Below, piece after piece: positions 1-7,913 of a stretch of DNA of 64,000 nucleotides. The number at the start of each line of letters is the position of its first letter. Positions within the stretch are counted from its first letter, which is position 1. The notes under the pieces were generated by a model. That model searched no databases. It saw only the letters and a list, made by a program, of their open reading frames with translations, and had not been told where the DNA came from. This stretch comes from Acidobacteriota bacterium (GTDB lineage Bacteria; Acidobacteriota; UBA6911; RPQK01; JAJDTT01): positions 1,344,001-1,408,000 of the forward strand of contig OZ242374.1 in assembly GCA_965209055.1 (NCBI GenBank). The letters are read 5' to 3'. A program made the position numbers and the translations under genes.

Positions 1-669
1 GGCCAACGTCTCCTGCAACAATTGGGACAGCCGCGCCAGGTTTTCCTGGCTCTCGTGGCTGACGCCCTTCATCTTCCGTCCCAGGCGTGCCGCCAACCCC
101 AGCACCACCGGAGCCATGAGCAGCGCCAGCACGGACAACACCCAGTTGATGTAGACGATCAGTCCCAGGAAGAACAGCAGGAGAAACACCTGGCGCAGGA
201 AGTCGGTCAGCGACTTGCTGGCCGCTTCCAGCACCCGTTCGGTGTCGTTGAGCACCCGCGACATGAGCTGTCCGGTGGGTTGATCGGAAAAGAAGGCGGC
301 GGACTGGTGAAGCAGCCGCCCGTAGAGCCGATTCCGCAACAGGGCCACCACATTCTGCCCGCTGTAACTCATGAGGTACTCGGCAAAATAGAGGAGGACT
401 GCCTTGAGCAGGGACAACCCGACCAGGAGAAAGGCGATCTGGTGAAGGCTGCCGGCGCCGACGCCGCCCAGGTGTTCCTGCAGAAAATCAAACTTGGTCC
501 GGACCGCCCCTGCCGTTCCGGCCTCCGGAGCCAACTGGTCGAAGATCGGCTTCAACAGCACCGTGATGAGCCCGTCCAGACCGCCGCTGACGAACAGCAG
601 AACGAAGCCCAGGAACAGCCAATGGGCGGTCGGCAGGATGTAGGGAATCAGCTTTCGCAGGTCCGGCAC
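1..669 (-). CDS. ABC transporter permease/ATP-binding protein, MsbA-like (N-terminal part; runs off the window)
   Basis: Not in the ORF track. Manual translation from GTG at 669: MPDLRKLIPYIL...LLKPIFD...LRNRLYGRLLHQSAAFFSDQPTGQLMSRVLND..., a typical ABC_membrane domain of MsbA-type exporters. Confidence 0.85.
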   Translation of the reverse strand, partial: MPDLRKLIPYILPTAHWLFLGFVLLFVSGGLDGLITVLLKPIFDQLAPEAGTAGAVRTKFDFLQEHLGGVGAGSLHQIAFLLVGLSLLKAVLLYFAEYLMSYSGQNVVALLRNRLYGRLLHQSAAFFSDQPTGQLMSRVLNDTERVLEAASKSLTDFLRQVFLLLFFLGLIVYINWVLSVLALLMAPVVLGLAARLGRKMKGVSHESQENLARLSQLLQETLA

Positions 670-696
670 GCAGGGATTCTAACCGGAACGGGAAAA

Positions 697-830
697 GGAG
701 GGGCGATTTCAAAATCGCCCGGTTCCCCATCGTTCACCAACGCCCAAAGAATCGGCGGTTGGGAAACCGCCGCCCCGGTGTGAGAATCGGCGGTTGGGAA
801 ACCGCCGCCCCGTTGGGAAACCGCCGCTAC
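697..830. repeat. Cluster of REP-like palindromes (GGAG/GTAG tag + short hairpin)
   Basis: GGAG-GGGCGATTTCAAAATCGCCC at 697-720; CGGCGGTTGGGAAACCGCCGCCCC at 753-776 and 788-811; partial copy 812-830 reading GTAGCGGCGGTTTCCCAAC on the minus strand. Confidence 0.8.
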
Positions 831-832
831 CG

Positions 833-1828
833 TCACCACTTCCAGCCGGACCTCAACTCGTCGTTGATCACCGCCCCTTCGGGCCAATCTCCCTGCCGCA
901 GGGCGATGACGCACTCGGCGGCTTCCATCCCCATGGCGATCACCGAGGCCTCGTCGCCGCCCGCCTGGTGAGACGTGACCAGAACGTTGGACATCCGCAG
1001 CAGGGGATTGTCCGGATCCGGCGGCTCCTGCTCCATGACGTCGAGACCGGCAGCTCGAAGCCGCCCCGACCTCAAGGCTTCCAGCAAGTCCGTCTCATTG
1101 ACCAACGGACCTCGAGCCGTGTTGATGAGAATGCTCCCCGGCTTCATTCGATCGAACGCCTCCTTCCCGAAGAAGTGCCGGGTCCGGTCCGTCAGCGGAC
1201 AGTGCAGGGTGATGAAATCCGACCTCTCCAGGAGTTGTTCGAAACTCAGCAGTTCGATGCCGTGGGCGCGAACGAATTCCTGGTCCGGGAAAATCTCGTG
1301 GGCCACCACCTTCATGCCCAGCGGGATGGCCCGGACCGCCGTGCTGCGGCCGATCCGCCCCAGCCCTACGATTCCCAGGGTTTTTCCTCTCACCGTGCCC
1401 AGCGTCCGGCGCGGCCATCGTCCCGCCGCGATCTGCCTGGAAGTGGAGACGATGGAGCGGACCGTGGCCAGCAGCAGGGTGATGGCGTGCTCGGCCACCG
1501 CCTCATGATTGGCCGAGGGCGTCACCGTGACCGGGATTCCCCGCCGGGTCGCGGCGGCGACGTCCACCCGGTCGAAACCGACGCCGGCCCGGGCGATGAC
1601 TCGCAGTTCCGGTAGACCGTCCAGGACCGCAGGCGTGAAATACTCCCCGCCCGCGATGATGGCCTCGATCCCCTTCAACTGACGGATGGTCTCCTCGTCA
1701 CCCGTCAGACCCATGACCAATTCCGGGTTGGTGGGATAGCGCACCTCGAAGCCGGCCCGTTCCAGAAGGCCGGCGAAGGGAGAAGGCCGATGCTGCATGC
1801 TGGTGGGGGTGATCATTACTTTCGGCAT
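833..1828 (-). CDS. D-isomer-specific 2-hydroxyacid dehydrogenase (phosphoglycerate dehydrogenase-like)
   Basis: GIVGLGRIG Rossmann motif, LHCPLT, INTARG, GLDVMEQEP motifs. Confidence 0.9.
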   Translation of the reverse strand: MPKVMITPTSMQHRPSPFAGLLERAGFEVRYPTNPELVMGLTGDEETIRQLKGIEAIIAGGEYFTPAVLDGLPELRVIARAGVGFDRVDVAAATRRGIPVTVTPSANHEAVAEHAITLLLATVRSIVSTSRQIAAGRWPRRTLGTVRGKTLGIVGLGRIGRSTAVRAIPLGMKVVAHEIFPDQEFVRAHGIELLSFEQLLERSDFITLHCPLTDRTRHFFGKEAFDRMKPGSILINTARGPLVNETDLLEALRSGRLRAAGLDVMEQEPPDPDNPLLRMSNVLVTSHQAGGDEASVIAMGMEAAECVIALRQGDWPEGAVINDELRSGWKW

Positions 1829-1872
1829 GGTTTTTTCCTCGATGAATGGTCCGATTCACTTGCCGCGGGACG

Positions 1873-3123
1873 TCAATGGAAGCGCTCCGGTTCCAGGCGG
1901 GACAGGTCCTGGCCGGCGCCCTCCCCGGCGGCGATTTCCGAGATCAGTTTTCCCGTGACGGGCCCCAGAGAGATGCCGATGGTGGAGTGGCCCGTCGCCA
2001 ACAACAGGTTGTTCCACTTCCGGGTCCGCCCGATGAAGGGAAGCCCGTCCGGGGTCAGCGGCCGCAGGCCTCTCCAGATTTCGTGCAGGTCCAACTCCTT
2101 CATGCCGGCCAGATGCGTCCGGGCGGCCCGCAGGATAGCCTGGACCCGGGGAAGGTTCACCGAAAGGTCCAGACCGGCCAGTTCCAAGGTTCCGCCGAAG
2201 CGCAGCTTGTCTCCCATGGGAGTGGCGGCAACCTTGGCCTCCGCAAGCATCAAGGGGACCCGCGGCGTGTTGGCGGGAGCCCTGACCGTCACGCTGTACC
2301 CCTTGGCGGGCTGAACGGGGACGTCCAGCCCCACGGTTCGAGCCACCAGGGGAGACCAGGACCCGGCGGCGAGCACCACCTGTTCCGGCCGCAGGTCCCC
2401 TCTCGTGGTCACCACCCGCGTGACCCGCGTCCTGGAGGTCTTCATTTCCAGCACTTCGGTCCCGGTCCGGAAGACCGCCCCCGCGCGGCGGGCGGCATCC
2501 GCCATCTGGTGGACGAACCGGTGCGGGATCAGATGGGCGTCTTCGGGAAAGTGGATTCCGGCGATGATGGACGGCTGCACGTTCGGCTCCATCTCACGCA
2601 CCCGAACCGTGTCCAGCAGAGTGGATTCGAGACCGAACTCCCTCAGGAGCCGGGCTTCCGCCAGGGCTTTGGCCAGAAGCCGCTCGGACCGGAAGATCTG
2701 CAGCCACCCCTTTTGCCGGAAACCGAACTCCAGTTCTCCCCGGTCCGCCAGGCCCCGATACAATTCCAGGCTGGCATTCGAGAGATCCCGGAGAACGGGG
2801 ATCCCCTTCCTCATGGGTTCGTCCCGGGAGGCCTGTTGAAACCACCAGAGCCAGCGCACCAGGTCGAGGTCGAGGCGGGGCTTGATGTAGAAGGGGCTGA
2901 CCGGGTCCAGCAGCCATCGAAGGCCCTGGCTCAACACCCCCGGAGCGGCCAGGGGGACCGAGTGGCTGGGGACGATCAGCCCGGAATTCCCGTAGGAACT
3001 CCCGGAACAGATCTCTCCCCTTTCGACCAGGGTGACGGCGCATCCCCGCTGTGCCAGGAAGTAAGCGGAGCAGACGCCGATGACGCCGCCGCCGATGACG
3101 AGAACGTCGGTTTTCTCCGTCAT
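1873..3123 (-). CDS. FAD-dependent D-amino acid dehydrogenase (DadA-like)
   Basis: Start MTEKTDVLVIGGGVIG (ATG 3123); SSYGNSG, WRGLRPLTPDGLPFIG, ATGH motifs. Confidence 0.88.
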   Translation of the reverse strand: MTEKTDVLVIGGGVIGVCSAYFLAQRGCAVTLVERGEICSGSSYGNSGLIVPSHSVPLAAPGVLSQGLRWLLDPVSPFYIKPRLDLDLVRWLWWFQQASRDEPMRKGIPVLRDLSNASLELYRGLADRGELEFGFRQKGWLQIFRSERLLAKALAEARLLREFGLESTLLDTVRVREMEPNVQPSIIAGIHFPEDAHLIPHRFVHQMADAARRAGAVFRTGTEVLEMKTSRTRVTRVVTTRGDLRPEQVVLAAGSWSPLVARTVGLDVPVQPAKGYSVTVRAPANTPRVPLMLAEAKVAATPMGDKLRFGGTLELAGLDLSVNLPRVQAILRAARTHLAGMKELDLHEIWRGLRPLTPDGLPFIGRTRKWNNLLLATGHSTIGISLGPVTGKLISEIAAGEGAGQDLSRLEPERFH

Positions 3124-3239
3124 CCGCCTTTCACCTTCGATCTTGGACTCAACGCCCGCGCAACCTACACCCGGGACGGTTCCAAGACAAGCCCTCGAAC
3201 CGCGGGAGATGAGACGGGGAGGCGTTCGTCCGCCGTACC

Positions 3240-4892
3240 TCAGATCTTGATCCGCTGCAGTTTCTCGATGGCTCGCGGCAGTTCGTCGGTCTCGAAATGA
3301 GGCCAGGGGAGGGATTTGCCTTCGCCGTCCACTGCTTCGACTCCGGAACCGGGATCCAGAACCTCCCCCACCCAGGTTGCCTGAATGCCCCGGTCCTCCA
3401 GTGCTTCCTCCAGCCGCTGGCGCGAATCGGCCCGGCAGACGATGATGAGGCTGCCGGAGCCGATGAGCCCCAGGGGATCGATGCCCAGCAGGCGGCAAAT
3501 CCGGGCTGTCTCGGGGAAGACGGGAATCCGGTCGGCCCGGACGCGAATGCGATGGCGCCCGGCACGGGTCAATTCGTCCAGGGCCGTCGCCGCTCCTCCT
3601 TCGGTCACGTCGTGGAGAGCCGAAACTCCTCCCGACTCCAGAACCGTCTCCGCCTCCTCCAGGACGCTGATTCCGGGGGAGAAGAGGAATTGTTCGCAAC
3701 GGGAGACCTCGTCGGCGGGAACTCCCAGGCTTTCCAGGGCCGGACGGAATTCACGGGCCAGGATGGCAGTCCCCTCCACCGCCAATGCCTTGGTCAACAG
3801 GATCTGGTCACCGGGGCGCATCCGGCTCTTGTCCACGAGCCCGCTCCGGGTGGCGGTTCCCACCATCTGCCCGACCGCCACCGGTTTGGTGACCGAGTCG
3901 GTGACCTCGGTGTGCCCTCCGCAGAGAGTCACTCCCAGCCGGCCGCACCAGCGCCGGAGACTCGCCATGAGCCGTTTGACCTGTTCGCCGGTGGTTCCCG
4001 GAGGGAACAGGAGCGTTGTCAACAGCCAGCGGGGAGTGCCCCCGGACGTGGCCACGTCGTTGGCGTTGACCACGAGGGTGTAGTACGCCATCTCGTCGGT
4101 GGCGAAGGTGATGGGGTCCGACTTCAGGATCAGGACCTCATCCTCCCTGCCCAATGCCACGGCGGCCGTATCCTCTCCCACGCCGGGACCGATGAGAAGC
4201 GAAGGATCACCCGGCTCCCGCTCATTCAGGATCCGGTCGAGCAGTTCGTTGGGGAGCTTTCCCGCCGCCAGGGGAGACCGCTCGCGGACCAGGGCCCCCA
4301 CCTGGGACAGATTCTCGACCACGTAGTCCGGGGCCGGGGTCCCGGGCGGCTCCATCCGGCCATTGGTGAGGAAGACCGTGGGGGACCCGGCTCGGAAGCC
4401 GGCGGTTATGTCGAAGTGGAAATCTCCCACCACCAGCGTCTCGGCGGCACTGACTCCCATTTTCCCGGCTGCGAGCCGGATCCCCTCGGGGTGCGGCTTG
4501 GGCAGGATGTCATCGTCCCGGGTGATGATGACGTTGAAATCGGAGGGGCCGATGGAGGGAAAGTTTTCCAGCGCACGGACGACCGCACCCCGGCTGTTCC
4601 GGCTCACGACGGCCAATGGCAGCAGCCGCGCCTGAAGCTCCCGAATCAACTCCTCGGCGCCTTTATTGGGCCGCGACCGGACCGCGCCCTCCGTCTCGAA
4701 GCGATCGAGGACACTCAAGCAGTGCCGGCGGCGATCCGGAGGCAGTCCCTGAATGTATTCCAATATGGGGGCGCCCGCCGGACTCGCCAGTTCCTGCCGC
4801 AGTTGTTGGAAGTCGAGGGAACCGGGCCGCGTGAGAGTGCCGTCGAAATCGAAGAGGATCGCCCGGATGGTCCGAATCGGAGTGTCCTTCAC
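3240..4892 (-). CDS. Fusion of a HAD-family hydrolase and an AIR synthase-related (PurM/HypE-like) domain
   Basis: N-terminal FDFDGTL, KPHPEG, VGDFHFD (HAD); C-terminal GVGEDTA, KSDPITF, NANDVA, GGHTEV, LHDVTEGG (PurM-like). Confidence 0.85.
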   Translation of the reverse strand: MKDTPIRTIRAILFDFDGTLTRPGSLDFQQLRQELASPAGAPILEYIQGLPPDRRRHCLSVLDRFETEGAVRSRPNKGAEELIRELQARLLPLAVVSRNSRGAVVRALENFPSIGPSDFNVIITRDDDILPKPHPEGIRLAAGKMGVSAAETLVVGDFHFDITAGFRAGSPTVFLTNGRMEPPGTPAPDYVVENLSQVGALVRERSPLAAGKLPNELLDRILNEREPGDPSLLIGPGVGEDTAAVALGREDEVLILKSDPITFATDEMAYYTLVVNANDVATSGGTPRWLLTTLLFPPGTTGEQVKRLMASLRRWCGRLGVTLCGGHTEVTDSVTKPVAVGQMVGTATRSGLVDKSRMRPGDQILLTKALAVEGTAILAREFRPALESLGVPADEVSRCEQFLFSPGISVLEEAETVLESGGVSALHDVTEGGAATALDELTRAGRHRIRVRADRIPVFPETARICRLLGIDPLGLIGSGSLIIVCRADSRQRLEEALEDRGIQATWVGEVLDPGSGVEAVDGEGKSLPWPHFETDELPRAIEKLQRIKI

Positions 4893-6166
4893 TCGCCTGC
4901 ACTACGGCGGGCCGCCGTCTCGCCATGAAGCCTCAAGGGATGCCGCCTCGCGAATTCGAAGACGGCCTCCATTTTTCGGCCGATGGCCAGAAGGTCCGCC
5001 TCCCGGTTCGGGGGCGCCACCAACTGGAAGCCCAGGGGAAGTCCCGCCTCGGAGAGGCCATAGGGCAGAGTCAGCGTGGGCAGCCCCGTATAGGTCCAGA
5101 TCAGGCTGAAGCGAGGGTCTCCGGTGGCTTCGATTCCGGCCGGCGCCGCTCCCGGCGCCGAAGGACACAAGAGGACATGGAACTCACCGAAGAGGCGTTC
5201 GACCTCCGTCCGGACGCGTTGCCGGTGGCTCCGGACCCGCTCCAACTCCGACGCCGCGACCCTGGCGCCCCTCCGGATCAGGGCCCTCAATTTGGGAGGA
5301 TAGGAATCTCCAAAGACCCGATACAGACCCCCGTGCACCACCGCAGCTTCGGCCGCCACCAGCGTCCAGTGGTTGTCGTAGGCCTCCTCGCAGCAGGAAG
5401 GCAGCTCGGCGGAAGACACTTGCAGTCCCGCCGATTCCAGCCGGCGTCCCGCCTGCGCCAAAGCCGAGAGCATCTCCGGATCGGCGGCCTCCACCTTCTG
5501 GTCGGGCAGCAGGCCGACCCGGATCGACGCCGGCGGCGACGCCGGCGGCTCGCCGGAGAAGACCTGGTATGCCGCCAGAGCATCGGCAACATCAGCCGTA
5601 AAGAACCCGAGGGTGTCGAAGCTGGGAGCGAAGGGGAAAACGCCTTCGATGGGAATCCGCCCATAGGAAGGCTTCAGGCCCACGACCCCGCAATAGCTGG
5701 CGGGCCGGTTGACGGAGGCGACCGTTTGACTTCCCAATCCCAAGCGGATCATCCCGCATGCGACGGCGGCGGCCGAGCCGCTGCTGGAGCCGCCCGGCGT
5801 GTGATCCGGGTTCCAGGGGTTTCCGGTGGGTCCGGGATCGAAATAGGCGAATGTGGTGGTCACCGTCTTGCTGAGGACGAAGGCGCCGCGGGCCCGGAGG
5901 GTATCGACCACGGCGGCGTCCCGGGCGGCGGGGCGCCAGGGAACGAAGCCGGCGTTGGAGCGCGTCACCAGCCCCTCCACGTCCACGATGTCCTTCACAC
6001 CCAGGGACCATCCTGCCAACGGGCCGGACCCGGCCGCGCCAAAGCGTCGCCGGGCGGACACCTCATTCCAATCCACCAAAGCCCGCACTCGGGGCTCCCA
6101 GGCCCGAACCGCCTCCAAACGGGATTCAAACTCCTTCGGATCGCTTCCCGGAATCATGACACTCAC
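4889..6166 (-). CDS. Amidase (amidase signature family)
   Basis: GVKD, NPWN...PGGSSSGSAAAVA, GSQTVASVNRPASYCG; stop overlaps the next start. Confidence 0.9.
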   Translation of the reverse strand: MSVMIPGSDPKEFESRLEAVRAWEPRVRALVDWNEVSARRRFGAAGSGPLAGWSLGVKDIVDVEGLVTRSNAGFVPWRPAARDAAVVDTLRARGAFVLSKTVTTTFAYFDPGPTGNPWNPDHTPGGSSSGSAAAVACGMIRLGLGSQTVASVNRPASYCGVVGLKPSYGRIPIEGVFPFAPSFDTLGFFTADVADALAAYQVFSGEPPASPPASIRVGLLPDQKVEAADPEMLSALAQAGRRLESAGLQVSSAELPSCCEEAYDNHWTLVAAEAAVVHGGLYRVFGDSYPPKLRALIRRGARVAASELERVRSHRQRVRTEVERLFGEFHVLLCPSAPGAAPAGIEATGDPRFSLIWTYTGLPTLTLPYGLSEAGLPLGFQLVAPPNREADLLAIGRKMEAVFEFARRHPLRLHGETAARRSAGE

Positions 6167-6450
6167 TCCAGTCGAACCAGTTCTCGATATTCGCGCTCAG
6201 CAGTCCGTGGTGAAAGTCCCGCCAGTACCGGGACCGTTCCTGCACCCGCCGGACAAGGCGTTCCGGAGGGAGTATACCGGGAGTATGTGGTGTGGGCCGA
6301 CATCGACGCAGTCCTCGGGCTGCATTGTTTTTCGCGGGTCTTGGATTGACGGGTTGTGCTCAAAGATGGATATTCGGTAACAGTTCTCCGGAAAGCCGAG
6401 GCGGGCGATGCGCCGGGGTGCAACCGCACATTTCCGAAATGGAGGTCGTG

Positions 6451-7230
6451 ATGCAGGCTTGGTTCGGAAAAACGATGGCAGGGGTTCTCATGGGTCTTTG
6501 CGCAAGTGGTGCACACGCCCAAACCGGGAGCCAAGCGTACAGTCTGTCGGCAAAAGTTCTTAGAGTGCCGGGAGGTTGTGGAGACAAATACAGCGCCAGA
6601 GACCAAGTCTACGCAAAAATCAAAGTCGTAGAACCGGAACTTGAGGCCCGAATCTCGACAACCAAAAGAAGAATCCGGCAGATCGTCGGGAAATCTCCGG
6701 CTTTTGCACAATCAGTGTTGGATAACCTGGCTCAGCGCGAGTTTCGGAGCGAAACGGCTCCACTATCTGAGGCTGAACGCCAACGGTTGGAGCAATTGAG
6801 AGATGCCAAACGAACTCATCGAAAAAAACGGCTCCAGGCGTTCCAGCGGCCCGACAAAAAAGGGGCGAAGTTGGGCCGTTTCCCCGACCAGAAGGAATTG
6901 AACGGTCTTGCGTCCAGGGCCCCTCTTTCGGCGTTGGAATCGGGGGTACTGCGCCGGGGACAAGAACTCATGGACAGATTTAAGAGCTTGGAGAGCCAGC
7001 GGCGTGTGATGCGGACCCCCGGATCCGTACGCGTCTACGCAAACGAGAAAATCGATATTGGGATATGGGAGGAGGATTTTTTATTTGACGACAATTGTTT
7101 CAGCACGAGCGTCACGCTTGATCCTTCAACCTTGGAAAAAGGGTTTCTCGAAATTGGGAAGGCGGCAGCACGGGAAGAGGGGACCGAGCAGCCGGGGTTG
7201 ATGACTCTCCACTTCACCGCCGTTCCGTGA
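6451..7230 (+). CDS. Hypothetical secreted protein, possible C2-like domain with a helical insertion
   Basis: GGAGG RBS at 6441-6445; signal peptide ending AHA-Q; C2-like motifs DQVYAKIKV and IGIWEEDFLFDD. Confidence 0.6.
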   Translation: MQAWFGKTMAGVLMGLCASGAHAQTGSQAYSLSAKVLRVPGGCGDKYSARDQVYAKIKVVEPELEARISTTKRRIRQIVGKSPAFAQSVLDNLAQREFRSETAPLSEAERQRLEQLRDAKRTHRKKRLQAFQRPDKKGAKLGRFPDQKELNGLASRAPLSALESGVLRRGQELMDRFKSLESQRRVMRTPGSVRVYANEKIDIGIWEEDFLFDDNCFSTSVTLDPSTLEKGFLEIGKAAAREEGTEQPGLMTLHFTAVP

Positions 7231-7707
7231 GCAGGGTCCGCGCGTGTTGAGGTGGTCCCGCTTTTTTCCCGGCAGCCGGCAATGGCGTCCGGCCCCCTAG
7301 TAACGGTCCCCATTGGCGTCGGACAACCGGTGCCAATTCTTGAGGATGGCCACGCACAGGACCTGTTCCGCGGCGAGATCCGGAGCCCCCTGACCGGAAC
7401 TGCCGGAGTCTCCCAAATCGTGTAAAATCAGATCCAGGATCGAGGGATTTTTCTTCAAGATCTTGGAACCGGCTTTCAGCTCTTGGGCGAGTCGATGATC
7501 GGACCAGAGGCAGTAGAGAGGAAGTTGACTCGGCCGTTCTCGACGCTTGTTTCACGCCTTCGGTTATGTGTAAGTCTCTTATTATGTTTGGTTTAACTCC
7601 AATAGACCAACAAACGAACTACACAAAACCGGGGCTTGAAAATGCCTCTTCGTCCTTACTTCCCAACAACCTGCGCCTTTCCGAATAAAAACCAGAGAGA
7701 GAGACGC

Positions 7708-7848
7708 TGCCCACGTGCGCGCCGCGATGGCGCATCGGTGTCGCCTGCAGGGGCCGATACGCGGCATTTCGGTGGAAAAGCCCGACGATCGGACGTTTCC
7801 GGGCAGGTCCGCAATCCTCACCGGACCCGGAAGGTCGCGATCATACTC
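7708..7848 (-). pseudogene. Frameshifted fragment homologous to the GAF-coding region of the hybrid kinase at 13244-15598
   Basis: Direct repeat of 15181-15322 with scattered substitutions and a 1-nt indel; translates to DLPGPVRIADLPG.VRS.GFSTE. Confidence 0.8.
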
Positions 7849-7913
7849 CTTAACAGCCCGTGGCATAAGTCGTCACGGCATTCGACCGTCCCTGCATCCC
7901 GGCGCGGACTGCG

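Noticed and set aside
749-830. Tandem 28-bp palindromic repeats as a CRISPR array
   Set aside because: Only two full copies and one partial, spacers of 7 and 0 nt, no cas genes; related copies occur dispersed, as expected for REPs
7561-7631. Integron attC site
   Set aside because: Core sites face the wrong way (GTT...AAC rather than RYYYAAC...GTTRRRY); no intI or cassette array
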